Positions 39,567-49,143 of a stretch of DNA of 64,000 bases are shown in pieces (positions within the stretch are counted from its first letter, which is position 1; each line of letters opens with the position of its first letter). This DNA is from Planctomycetota bacterium (GTDB lineage Bacteria > Planctomycetota > UBA1135 > UBA2386): positions 2,400,001-2,464,000 of the forward strand of contig JBKAGP010000001.1 of assembly GCA_046290465.1 (NCBI GenBank), read 5' to 3'. Under the pieces are notes generated by a model. The model did no database searches, was not told where the DNA came from, and was given only the letters and a program-made list of their open reading frames with translations. Made by a program: the position numbers and the translations under genes.

Positions 39567-40191
39567 CCGTCGCGGCACCGATCGCGGCGAACGCGCAGCC
39601 GAGCAGCACCGTGAACGCCATCCAGAAGCACAGCTGCGCCTTGGTCAGCATCCAGATGCGCGCGTCGGCGTCCATGCCGGCGAGCTCTTCCGGGACCTTG
39701 CCGTAGTGCGTCTGCCAGCCGTTCTGGATGTCGAGGTACTGGATCAGCATCACCGGCACGCGCGCCAGCATCCAGTAGGCCACCATCGCGACGAACGCGC
39801 GCGGCCAGACGAACAGCGCCAGCAGCGACAGCACCGGCGCACCGAGCATCACGTAGCCCATCGCCTCGACCAGCTGCTCGCCTTCGAAGTAGTTGTTGAC
39901 CGAAACGATCGACGCCATCAGCACCGAGAAGCCGAACATCGGCACGAAGAAGCCGGCGACGAACTTCGGCGCGCCGCCCCCCTGGGCGAGCCGGCGCCCG
40001 AACAGCAGGCCGGCCACCGGCACCAGCCATACGATGCCGAACGGGTTCATCGGGCTGCCCGCGTCGGTCGAGAACCAGGTCGGGTTCCACCCCTGCAGTT
40101 CGCCGACGAGGCGCACGACGGTGACGACCAGCGTCAACACGCCGAACACGAGCAGCATCGGCAGCACCCTCGGGCGATAGTCGTCGGCCAT
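39553..40191 (-). CDS. Hypothetical integral membrane protein
   Basis: About 6 TM segments; GW.THYG loop. Confidence 0.8.
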   Translation of the reverse strand: MADDYRPRVLPMLLVFGVLTLVVTVVRLVGELQGWNPTWFSTDAGSPMNPFGIVWLVPVAGLLFGRRLAQGGGAPKFVAGFFVPMFGFSVLMASIVSVNNYFEGEQLVEAMGYVMLGAPVLSLLALFVWPRAFVAMVAYWMLARVPVMLIQYLDIQNGWQTHYGKVPEELAGMDADARIWMLTKAQLCFWMAFTVLLGCAFAAIGAATVRRR

Positions 40192-40343
40192 GCGCGCATC
40201 GTGCCGTGGCGCCGTCGCCATACAACCTTAGGTCGCCTCAGGGCCGCTGGGATCCGATCCGACCGTGTCTCGCGGAGGCAATTCGAACGGCAGGACGGAA
40301 CCTCGGTGCGCTGGGCGGACGTCGGCTCTGTTGGAGGTTTCCA

Positions 40344-40697
40344 ATGGCAAACCGGTTCGAAGTCGTGCTCGAGCACGACGACACGTTCCTCTTCCAGCTG
40401 CGCACCAAGGACGGCGACGTCGTGCTGCGCGGTCTGGGCAGCCCGAGCAAGATCATGACGCAGAACGAGATCTTGCACCTACGCAACTCGCTGCGCGACG
40501 ACGCACGGCGGGTCCCGCACGAGAGTGCGGACGGCGAGCACTTCCTCGTGATCAAGGATCGCGACGGATCGGTCCTCGCCAAGAGCCCGAGGGTCGCCTC
40601 GAAGGAGGCCCTCGAGGGGCTCGAACAACGCATCCTCGACGCCTGCGGCGCGCCGATCGTCGACCTGACGAAGCGCAGCCGTTCGGCGGCCGGATGA
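40344..40697 (+). CDS. YegP/DUF1508-like protein (divergent)
   Basis: GGAGG RBS, two F.L...DG.V....SK half-repeats, ends IVDLT. Confidence 0.7.
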   Translation: MANRFEVVLEHDDTFLFQLRTKDGDVVLRGLGSPSKIMTQNEILHLRNSLRDDARRVPHESADGEHFLVIKDRDGSVLAKSPRVASKEALEGLEQRILDACGAPIVDLTKRSRSAAG

Positions 40698-40713
40698 CGC
40701 GACCGACGGTCGA

Positions 40714-41469
40714 TCAGCGGCGCAGCGCCGACAGGGCTCGACCGAGCCCGTCGGCCATGCGCACCCCGTGCCAGCAGAAGTCCCGCCCGTCACACAGCAC
40801 GATCGGGACGTCTTCGAACACCCGCGCCGCGGCGAGCTCGTCGCGCTGCGCCTCGTCGAACGCCCACGGCTCGCTCGCGAGCAACACGCGTTCGACGCCG
40901 CGTGACAACGCGTCGCGCGGATCCATCGCCGGATAGCGATCGTGCGCATCGGCGGCGACGCTGTGCGCTCCGCACAGCTTGAGCACGTCGTGCACGAACG
41001 TGTCCGCGCCGATCGTCATCCACGGCTTGCGCCAGATCGCGTAGTAGACGCGCAGCGGCCGCCGATCCAACGCGTCGACCTCGGCCGCCGCGATCCGCGC
41101 CTCGATCCGCAGCAAGAACGGCTCGGCCGCGTCGAGCCGATCGAGACGCGTCGCCAGCACGCGCAGGTCGTTGGCCGCTTCGACCACCGAACGCGGCGTC
41201 TGCACCAGCGTCGGCACGCGCGCCGCCAGCTGCTCGAGGTCCTCGGCGCGGTTCTCCTCGGCGTTGCCGAGCACCAGGTCCGGCTCCAGCGCCAGGATCG
41301 CCGGCAGGTCCGGGTTCTTGGTGCCGCCGATGCGCGGCACGTGTGCGAGGTGGGCCGCCGGCTCGGTGCAGTACCGCGTGCAGCCGACCAGCCGGTCGGT
41401 CGCACCGAGTTCGCAGACCGACTCGGTGGTGCTGGGGACCAGGCTGACGATCCGCTGCGGCGCGCTCAT
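40714..41469 (-). CDS. BtuF-like helical-backbone (cobalamin/Fe) binding protein
   Basis: RIVSLVPSTTE, VGCTRYC, IGGTKNP, EEN, IWRKPWMT, SEPW.F, WHG. No signal peptide. Confidence 0.88.
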   Translation of the reverse strand: MSAPQRIVSLVPSTTESVCELGATDRLVGCTRYCTEPAAHLAHVPRIGGTKNPDLPAILALEPDLVLGNAEENRAEDLEQLAARVPTLVQTPRSVVEAANDLRVLATRLDRLDAAEPFLLRIEARIAAAEVDALDRRPLRVYYAIWRKPWMTIGADTFVHDVLKLCGAHSVAADAHDRYPAMDPRDALSRGVERVLLASEPWAFDEAQRDELAAARVFEDVPIVLCDGRDFCWHGVRMADGLGRALSALRR

Positions 41470-42248
41470 CGCGGCCGCGGCCCGCCGCGGAACGCGCGCG
41501 GCACGAACCGCCACCAGCCGAGCCCGTACCAACGCTGCAGCGTGCGGCGGTCGATCGTGTGCGCGTGCAGCGGCATGCCGTCGCCGTCGGCGTGCTCGGT
41601 GCCGATCGGGCACGCCTTGCGCGAACCGCAGCCGGTCTCGCAGCCACCGTCGTCGCGATGGCTCGCGCAGCGCTCGCGGTCGGCGCGACCGAGGTCGACG
41701 TGCACCTTGGGCGGGCACGCCTCGACGCACGGACGGTCGCACGTGCAGCACGGCTTGAAGCGATCGGTGATCGACGCATCGTCGACCTGCCCGAACGGCC
41801 GCCCCTCGATCAGCAGCGCGGCGCGCACCCGCAGCCACGGACCGTAGGTCGGGTTGAGCAGCATGCCGGAGACCGGCGAGACGATGCCGAAGCCGGCCGC
41901 CTCGGCGAGCCTGCCGAAGTTCAGTCGCGGCCAGCGCGCGTCGACCTTGGTCCAGCGCAGGCCCGCCTGCTCGAGTTCGTCGGCGACCGCGTCGACCGAG
42001 CTGGCGACCAGCTCCTCGACCTCTTCGCAGGTCGGACGTTCGGACAGCCCGCGGCCCTGGCGCTGGAACTCCAGCCAGAACGACTGCCCCGCCGTGCCGA
42101 GCACGAGGATCGTGCCGCAGCCCGGCAGCACGGAGGTGCTGCGCTGTTCACAGGGCTGGCAGCCGTCGAACCGCTGCGCATCGACGAGACCGAACAGGTT
42201 CAGGCCGTTGCGCGCGGCCCGCTGTTGCAGGGGACCGAGCAGGGACAT
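41466..42248 (-). CDS. QueG/CblC-like 4Fe-4S protein
   Basis: LAEAAGFG, NPTYGPWLRVRAAL, CCTCDRPCVEACP, C..GC.SR.ACP. ATGA overlap with the BtuF-like gene. Confidence 0.75.
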   Translation of the reverse strand: MSLLGPLQQRAARNGLNLFGLVDAQRFDGCQPCEQRSTSVLPGCGTILVLGTAGQSFWLEFQRQGRGLSERPTCEEVEELVASSVDAVADELEQAGLRWTKVDARWPRLNFGRLAEAAGFGIVSPVSGMLLNPTYGPWLRVRAALLIEGRPFGQVDDASITDRFKPCCTCDRPCVEACPPKVHVDLGRADRERCASHRDDGGCETGCGSRKACPIGTEHADGDGMPLHAHTIDRRTLQRWYGLGWWRFVPRAFRGGPRPR

Positions 42249-42329
42249 GGGAAACCGCACAAGGGCGAAGGCACCCGTGTTTTCGGACGAGAGCCCCGCC
42301 GGAGCAACCCCTTGCCCCGACCGGGGCGC

Positions 42330-42492
42330 GCCGGTACCGTGCGAAAGCTCCTCACGGGGAAGTCCGGTGTGAATCCGGCGCTGTCCCGCAGCTGTATCCG
42401 GGGACGAACGTCCATCAGCCACTGGCGACGCCGCGTCGGCAAGCCGGGAAGGCGGACCAGTAGGTCGATCCGGGAGCCAGAACATCCGCGTC
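42330..42492 (+). ncRNA. Cobalamin (B12) riboswitch
   Basis: GGGAA-gtccGGTGtgAATCCggcgCTGtCCcGCAgCTGT, GCCACTG...GGGAAGG and B12-box GAGCCAGAA, in canonical order. Boundaries approximate. Confidence 0.92.
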
Positions 42493-42710
42493 GAGCCGGT
42501 CTCATCGAGGCCGCCATCGCCATTCCTTCGCGGCGCGCAAGACGCCCGGTTGGCTCATGACCCACGGACTCCGAGGCCGCGCTGCGTGCGCGTGCCGCTG
42601 GCTGCTGGTGCCCCGCGCGGGCACCGCGTGGGCGCATTCCTCCAGCGAAGGCAGGCACCCCCGGTCGCCCGCGCGACCTGCCGCGCCCATCCGGCGCGCT
42701 GCGTGATCGC

Positions 42711-44015
42711 ATGCTTCGCTCCCCCATCCTGCTGCTGGCCGCCACCGCGGGCATCTGCCTTCCCGCCCAACAGGTCGCCGATGGCTACGCCCAGACCACC
42801 GCGACGCTGCCCGCCGGCGCCGGCAGCTTCCTCGAGACCACCTTCGGAACGGTCTACTTCGACGGCTTCGACCTGATGCTCGATCCGGGCACCGGCGGCA
42901 CGTCGCTGCTGACGTTCCCGTCGTTCACGTTCGGGTCGTTCTCGGCGCCGATCGGCGCCACCGAGGTGCTGTTCGGCGAGAGCAGCAACGGCGGCATCTG
43001 GACCGTGCCGCTCAACGGCCTGCCGGCGCAGCTGGTCGCCAACGTGCCGTTCAACTACGACGCCGTGCTGCTCGACGACGACCGTGCGCTGGTGTCGGCC
43101 AAGACCGGCGGCTTCTCGGCGCCGGACAACGACGTGATGTTCGTCGACCTGCTGACCGGCCAGACCCAGCTGCTCGCCCAGTTCCCCGGCGCATCGGGTC
43201 CGCTCGCGATCGACGCCAACGGCGACGTCTACTACGCGACCTCGCCGGCGGTCTTCCCGGCCCCCGCCGGCACCGTCGAGGTGCTGCGGCTGCCGCGCGC
43301 GGTCGTCGATCTCGCCATCAGCAACCAGACGGTGCTCGGCGTCGCCGACGCGACCGTGGTGATCGCGGGCCTCGACGCCGCTGGTGACCTGGCGTTCGAC
43401 GACGACGGCGACCTGTTCTTCGTCGACTGGTTCAACGGCACCATCGGCGAAGTCGACGGCGCCGACGGCGGCCAGGCGACGCTGGCGCCGACGCTGATCG
43501 ACTACGCCGGCACCGGCCTGAGCGGCAGCGTGCTGCAGTTCGCGCCGACCGCGGCGCCGGTGCCGCAGGTGTTCGAGCCGTTCCAGCCGGCCGGCGCCGC
43601 GCTGCTGGTCCACGAGACCGACTACGTCAGCATCAGCCAGGTCCGCAGCCTGGTCGCGGCCCCGCCGCAGCTGTCGGCCTCGGCCGCATCGCCGATCCCG
43701 GCCGGGGTCTTCACGCTCGACACCACCGGCGGCCCGGCCACCGGCCTCGGCCTCTTGCTGTTCGCCCCGGCGACCGGCCTCGGCCCGGTGACGCTGTCCG
43801 TGCCGGGCTTCGAGCAGCCGCTGTTCGTCGACGGCGCGCTGGCGCCGGCCCCGGTGATCCTGCCGATCAGCTTCGATGCCGCCGGCCACGCCTCGTTCCC
43901 GGTCACCAATCCGGGCTTCGCCCAGGCCTTCGATGCCATCGCGCAGACGGTCGTCGTGTCGACCTCGGGCGCGATCGGCGCGAGCGCCGCGCTGCCGCTG
44001 CAAGTCGGGCAGTAG
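42711..44015 (+). CDS. Secreted beta-propeller-like protein with shared C-terminal domain, downstream of the B12 riboswitch
   Basis: Signal peptide ending LPAQ, GPLAIDANGDVYY and GDLAFDDDGDLFF blades, ends SAALPLQVGQ. Confidence 0.85.
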   Translation: MLRSPILLLAATAGICLPAQQVADGYAQTTATLPAGAGSFLETTFGTVYFDGFDLMLDPGTGGTSLLTFPSFTFGSFSAPIGATEVLFGESSNGGIWTVPLNGLPAQLVANVPFNYDAVLLDDDRALVSAKTGGFSAPDNDVMFVDLLTGQTQLLAQFPGASGPLAIDANGDVYYATSPAVFPAPAGTVEVLRLPRAVVDLAISNQTVLGVADATVVIAGLDAAGDLAFDDDGDLFFVDWFNGTIGEVDGADGGQATLAPTLIDYAGTGLSGSVLQFAPTAAPVPQVFEPFQPAGAALLVHETDYVSISQVRSLVAAPPQLSASAASPIPAGVFTLDTTGGPATGLGLLLFAPATGLGPVTLSVPGFEQPLFVDGALAPAPVILPISFDAAGHASFPVTNPGFAQAFDAIAQTVVVSTSGAIGASAALPLQVGQ

Positions 44016-44132
44016 GAGGGCGTTCGCACCAAGCCCGTCGCGGTGCACAGCTGTTACAGCGACTATCTGTCGGCAAACCCGGGGGGTGGACGTAATGGCG
44101 CACCGTGGCCCGGGCGGGCCGCCCACTACGCA

Positions 44133-47100
44133 ATGCAAAAGCAAACCGTCGTCCTCCTGCTGGTCGCGCTCGTCGCGATCGCCGCCGGAGCCCTCCTCGT
44201 CCCCAAGATGTTCGACGAGTCCCCCGCTCCGGTCATGCACTGGGACACCGAGGACGAGGTCGAAGGGGCCGAAGAGCAGCAGGCCGATCCCGGCGCCACC
44301 GAGACGGCGGCATTCGAACGCACCGAGGCCGAACTGTCGCCGACGGTCGCGCCGGTCTCCAACGAGCCGCGCGTCGACGCGATCCTGCGCGGCCGGGTGG
44401 TCGACAAGTTCAACGCGCCGGTCGCCAACGCCAAGGTCTGGCTCGAGATCGGCCGCAGCCGCCAGCAGAACGGCGGCCAGCCCGGCCGCGGCGGGCGCGA
44501 CCGCGGCGGCCGCGGCGGTGGCCGCTCGCGACGCATCCCGGAGCCGGTCATCACCAACGCCGAGGGCCTGTTCGCCTTCCAGGGTGAGACGTTCCGCAAC
44601 CTGCGCGTGACGCTGCAGGTCAAGAGCAACCAGCATGCGGTCGGCCTGTTCGAGAAGGACGTCGGCGACATCCAGGCCGGCCAGGCGGCCGCGGCCGAGA
44701 TCGAGGTCGCGCTCGGCGACCTGGCGCTGAAGTCCGGTGGCCTGGTCCGCGGCCGCGTCACCGACCTCGACGGCAACGCCGTCATCGGTGCCGAGGTCAC
44801 GATGGAGCCGGACTTCCGCAACCGCCTGCGCTGGCAGCGCAACCGCACCGAACTGCTGCCGCCCACCAAGACCGACGCCAACGGCTTCTACGCCTACGCC
44901 AACGTGCCGGAGGGGCAGTTCGCCGTGACGGTGCTCGCCAAGATGCACACGCCCGGTCGCTCGGACGGCTTCGAGGTCACCGAGGACGCCGAGGTCCAGG
45001 TGCCCGACATCGCGCTCGGTCCTGGCTACGAGGTCACCGGCTACGTCAAGGACGCGCAGGGTGAGCCGATCGCCAAGGCCAACGTGCGCCTGCGCGCCTC
45101 GCTGAGCGCCAACGCCCAGCCGGCCGAAGGGCGCGGCGGCGACCGCGGCGGGCGTGGCCGCGGCCGCGGCCGGGGCGGCTTCGGCGGCTTCGGCGGCCGC
45201 GACCACCGCACCGAGACCGACGAGCAGGGGCGCTTCTTCCTGGAGCACCTGCCGAGTTCGCTGATGGAGATCCAGGTCGACGCGCGCGGCTTCCTCGACT
45301 ACGAGGCCGACGAGATCGACCCGAAGGTCGTGCGCCCGATCTACGTGACGCTGCAGCCCGGCCTCTACATCGCCGGCATCGTGCAGACGCCGGACGGCCT
45401 GCCGCTGACCAAGTACTCGGTCCGCACGCGCCGCCTGCGCGGCCTGCCGGACCCGAACCAGCCGCAGGTCGACTTCAACGAACTGATGGCCAAGTTCCGC
45501 GACCCGAACCTCACCGACGAGGGGCGCCGCGAGCTGATGCGCACGATGCGCGACGTTCGCGACCAGTTCACCAGCCAGTTCCGAGGCCGCGGCGGCGACC
45601 GGGGTGGCCGTGGCGGCGACCGCGGCGACCGCGGCGGCGACCGCGGTGGCCGCGGTGGCGACCGCGGTGGCCGCAACGACCGTCAGGAACAGCACGACGG
45701 CGGCCGCTTCCGCGAGGACGGGCTGCAGGAGGGCGTCTACGAGGTCACCATCGAGGCGGACAACTACGCGCGCTTCACCTCGGCCGAGATCCAGGTGCGC
45801 CGCGACGCCGCGCCGCCGGAGCTGACCATCACGGTCGACCCGGGCGTCTACGTCGGCGGGGTCGTGCTCGACGCCTACGGCGATCCGATCGCCAACGCCG
45901 AGGTCACGCTGCGCTCGGCCACGCTCGACGACAACACCCCGCCGACCATCCCGGGCGGCGGCCGCGGTGGCCGCGGCGGTCGCGGCGGCTTCGACGTCAA
46001 CCGCATGGCCCGCGACTGGATGCGCGGCATGAACAGCTCGCCGCTGCGGCTGACCGCCCGCACCGACCAGGACGGCCTGTTCATCGTCAAGAACGTGCAG
46101 CGCGGTGTCTACTCGCTCAGCGCCACGGCCGACAACTTCGCCACGGCGAACGTCGAGCCGTTCCAGCTCGATCGCGAACGTTCGGACTTCGAGATGCGCC
46201 TCGATCCGCTCGGCGTGATCGTCGGCAAGGTGACCGGCTTCCGCCCCGAAGAGGCCGGTGAGGTGCAGGTCATCGCGCTGCTCGTTCCCGAGGACGGCAA
46301 CATCATGGGCTCGCTGATGCGCGGCGGCATGCGCGGTCGCGGTGGCCGCGGCGGCGGCCGTGGCGGCAGCACGTTCCGCAACGTCAACATCGAAGCCGAC
46401 GGCAGCTACCGCATCGAAGGCCTGTCGGCGGGCGACTACTTCGTGCGCAGCGCCACCGGCGGCATGCGCGACATGATGCGCATGTTCGGCTCGACCGCCA
46501 TGAACGGCACGATGGCCGCGGACGTCACCGTGCGCCCCGGCACCGAGTCGCGCTGGGACATGCAGATGACCCGACCGCAGTACGGCGTCGTCGCCGGCAC
46601 CGTGATGCACAACGGCGAGAGCGCCGCGGGCTTCCGCGTCGAGCTGCGTCGCCAGGACAACAACCCCGGCAACGGTGGCGGCCAGCAGCCGGGCGGCATG
46701 TTCGGCCGGATGATGAACTTCGGCCGCAGCCAGTCGGACACGGTCGAGAAGGACGGCACGTTCGAGGTCAAGGACGTCACCGCCGGCCTCTACCGGCTGC
46801 GGGTCACCGCCGGCCGCCGCGGCGGCGTGCTCTACGAGGAGCAGGTGCAGGTGGTCGCCGACGTGACCCTGCAGCGCAACCTGTCGCTGACGACCGGCTC
46901 GGTGAAGGGCTCGATCACGACCGACGACGGCACCGACCCGAAGGCGATCGGTGGCCGCATCTCGCTGGTCCAGGGCCTGATCGAGATCCCCGAGGACCTC
47001 AACCGCTACCTGCGCGAGAACACGTCGTTCGACGCGCGGATCCGCGACGGCGCGTTCGAGATCGAGTCGATCCCGCCCGGCACCTACATGCTGATCTTCC

Positions 47101-47210
47101 AGGCGCGCAACCGCGAGCGGACCACGCAGACCGTCGTCGTCAGCGGCACCGAGAACATCACCGTGCCCGCAGGCAAGGCGACGCCCCAAAACGGCGGCGC
47201 GCCGAAGTAG
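44133..47210 (+). CDS. Membrane-anchored carboxypeptidase-regulatory-like (Ig-like) repeat protein with RGG inserts
   Basis: N-terminal TM, repeated G.V.D..G.P..A.V...TD..G.F units, several RGG(D) tracts. Confidence 0.88.
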   Translation: MQKQTVVLLLVALVAIAAGALLVPKMFDESPAPVMHWDTEDEVEGAEEQQADPGATETAAFERTEAELSPTVAPVSNEPRVDAILRGRVVDKFNAPVANAKVWLEIGRSRQQNGGQPGRGGRDRGGRGGGRSRRIPEPVITNAEGLFAFQGETFRNLRVTLQVKSNQHAVGLFEKDVGDIQAGQAAAAEIEVALGDLALKSGGLVRGRVTDLDGNAVIGAEVTMEPDFRNRLRWQRNRTELLPPTKTDANGFYAYANVPEGQFAVTVLAKMHTPGRSDGFEVTEDAEVQVPDIALGPGYEVTGYVKDAQGEPIAKANVRLRASLSANAQPAEGRGGDRGGRGRGRGRGGFGGFGGRDHRTETDEQGRFFLEHLPSSLMEIQVDARGFLDYEADEIDPKVVRPIYVTLQPGLYIAGIVQTPDGLPLTKYSVRTRRLRGLPDPNQPQVDFNELMAKFRDPNLTDEGRRELMRTMRDVRDQFTSQFRGRGGDRGGRGGDRGDRGGDRGGRGGDRGGRNDRQEQHDGGRFREDGLQEGVYEVTIEADNYARFTSAEIQVRRDAAPPELTITVDPGVYVGGVVLDAYGDPIANAEVTLRSATLDDNTPPTIPGGGRGGRGGRGGFDVNRMARDWMRGMNSSPLRLTARTDQDGLFIVKNVQRGVYSLSATADNFATANVEPFQLDRERSDFEMRLDPLGVIVGKVTGFRPEEAGEVQVIALLVPEDGNIMGSLMRGGMRGRGGRGGGRGGSTFRNVNIEADGSYRIEGLSAGDYFVRSATGGMRDMMRMFGSTAMNGTMAADVTVRPGTESRWDMQMTRPQYGVVAGTVMHNGESAAGFRVELRRQDNNPGNGGGQQPGGMFGRMMNFGRSQSDTVEKDGTFEVKDVTAGLYRLRVTAGRRGGVLYEEQVQVVADVTLQRNLSLTTGSVKGSITTDDGTDPKAIGGRISLVQGLIEIPEDLNRYLRENTSFDARIRDGAFEIESIPPGTYMLIFQARNRERTTQTVVVSGTENITVPAGKATPQNGGAPK

Positions 47211-47240
47211 GATGCACGGCTCCCCGACGGAGCCGACACC

Positions 47241-48041
47241 ATCCGCACGCTCGTTTCGATCCTGATCTCCCTGCTGATCGCAGTCGCGCTCGGCACCGTG
47301 CTCTACGCGCTGGTGCTGGCGGTCGGCCGCGATCCGCTGCCCGGTGCCGAAGAGCGCTTCGTGGTCGCACCGCCGACGCAACTGCCTGCACCGACGCGGC
47401 TGGCGCCGATCCCCGGCATCGAGACGTCGCAGGTCCCCGACACCAACATCGGCGCCGTGGCGACGCGCGTGACGGTGCCGGTGCACATCTCCGACCTGCC
47501 GGAGTCGTTGCGCAACGGCACCGCCGGCGTCGCCACCTACCACACCGACACCGGCGGCGACTTCCGCTGGTATCCGCTCGACGAGGCCATCCCGGGGCAG
47601 CGCGGCGGGCTGCTGATCACCGCGCAGGCGCCGCAGGGGACCCGGCTGACCGTGACGTTCTCGGCGCGGCGCGAACACGCCCGGCGCGGCTACCTCGATC
47701 GCCACGAGTTCGAGGTCGACGCGACCGACACCGGGGCGACGCCGATCGTCGAACTCGACGGGGCGGTGCACGCCGTGCGCTTCGACCTGCCGACCGACGT
47801 CGACCAGGCCGGCCCGCTGCGGCTGCAGCGCGTCGACGACCGCCAGTGGCTGCCGATGCTGCACAGCACCGCCGGCCTCAAGCTGCGCAGCGGCACGGAG
47901 CTGACGCTGCAGCTCGGCAGCGGTGCCTACGAGCTGCAGGACCCGCTCGCGCCCGAACGCGCGCAGCGCTTCGAGGTGCCGGGCACGCCGGCGGTGACGG
48001 TCACTGCGGCGCTTCCACCGGCTCGAGACGGCCGTCTCTGA
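47241..48041 (+). CDS. Hypothetical membrane-anchored protein (start uncertain: ATC 47241 or GTG 47298)
   Basis: The hydrophobic helix begins upstream of the first canonical start; GGAG lies 8 nt before ATC. Confidence 0.65.
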   Translation: MRTLVSILISLLIAVALGTVLYALVLAVGRDPLPGAEERFVVAPPTQLPAPTRLAPIPGIETSQVPDTNIGAVATRVTVPVHISDLPESLRNGTAGVATYHTDTGGDFRWYPLDEAIPGQRGGLLITAQAPQGTRLTVTFSARREHARRGYLDRHEFEVDATDTGATPIVELDGAVHAVRFDLPTDVDQAGPLRLQRVDDRQWLPMLHSTAGLKLRSGTELTLQLGSGAYELQDPLAPERAQRFEVPGTPAVTVTAALPPARDGRL

Positions 48042-48858
48042 CCCGGAACAGCTTGCCCGAGACCGGGTGCGGGGCGCGGTCGGCCAGGTCCTCGGTCGCC
48101 GACATCAGCGCTTCGATGTTCTGCCCCTCCTCGGGGCCGGCCCACAGCGTGTCGCGGTCGGGGACCGCCACCAGCAGGCCCTCCTGCTGGTCGAGCAACA
48201 GCACGCGCGAGGCGTCGAAGCCGTCGCCCGACTGCAGCAGCACCGACTCGGCACAGGCCTCGTCGATGCCGTTGCGCCCCAGGCGGGCGAGGTTGGCCAG
48301 CGCCAGGTTGTGCAGGTCCTCGGCCGTCTTCTGCCAGCGCTGCAGGTGCGCGCGGCACAGGAACACCATGCACGAAGCGTCGTCGACGACGTAGACCGTG
48401 ACCAGCTCGTCGTTGAGCGGCGTGTGCACGAGCCCCGAGTCGCCGAACGTGCCCTGCTCGTCGAGCCAGGCGCGGCTGCGCACCTGCGGCATCAGCAGCT
48501 GCGCGGCGGTCGCGAACTCGAGGTCGTCGCAGCGATCGAGGCCGACCTCGCGGATGTCCTCGACCAGCTGGGCGACCATGCGCGGGAACGCTTCGGGAAA
48601 CGCTTCGGCGTGGCGGAATGCCTCGTGCAGGCCAACCGGGGTCTCCTGGCCGTCGACGGACAGCAGGCAGGCGAAGCGGTCGGGCAGCATGCCGAGGAAG
48701 CGGACCCGCGGGTGCGCGGCGATCAGTTCGTTCTCCAGCTGGAGCACGAACGCGGCGACCTCGGGCGGATACCGCGAGGAGCGTTGCCGCAGCCGGTGGT
48801 GCACCACCACGCCCGCGAGCGCCAACATCGACCAGCCGAGACCGACCCACAGCCACAT
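48001..48858 (-). CDS. DUF1444/YtpQ-like protein with N-terminal TM
   Basis: LMPQVR, YVVDD, ALANL, GDGFDASRVLL, VAVPDRD.L, HPVS..LF. Confidence 0.75.
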   Translation of the reverse strand: MWLWVGLGWSMLALAGVVVHHRLRQRSSRYPPEVAAFVLQLENELIAAHPRVRFLGMLPDRFACLLSVDGQETPVGLHEAFRHAEAFPEAFPRMVAQLVEDIREVGLDRCDDLEFATAAQLLMPQVRSRAWLDEQGTFGDSGLVHTPLNDELVTVYVVDDASCMVFLCRAHLQRWQKTAEDLHNLALANLARLGRNGIDEACAESVLLQSGDGFDASRVLLLDQQEGLLVAVPDRDTLWAGPEEGQNIEALMSATEDLADRAPHPVSGKLFRVRDGRLEPVEAPQ

Positions 48859-49143
48859 GCAGGCGCTATCGGCCGTTCGCGGCCGCGGCTTCAGGCCGGG
48901 CGCCCAATCGAGGCACACGCGCCGAGGCACACGCGCCGGGGCGGCGCCGTCGACGGTCTGGGGAGTGACTCCCCGGGGGGATGCCCACGCCAGGACGACT
49001 TGACGCTCCTTCCTCTGCTTGCAGAGGCTACGGACGAACTGACAAACCGACAAGTGCGAGGCACCGATTTCCGAACGCTCCCCACCACCTTGCACAAACC
49101 CTCCGGAAATCGGAGACTCTGCGCTGCCCCCACGGTGCAGAAG

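Noticed and set aside
42557..42706. Short ORF between the riboswitch and 42711
   Set aside because: No RBS or protein-like composition; more likely part of the expression platform.
47208..47210. TAG readthrough (pyrrolysine) fusing 44133.. with 47241..
   Set aside because: No pyl genes seen; a good RBS and a separate N-terminal anchor explain the open frame more simply.
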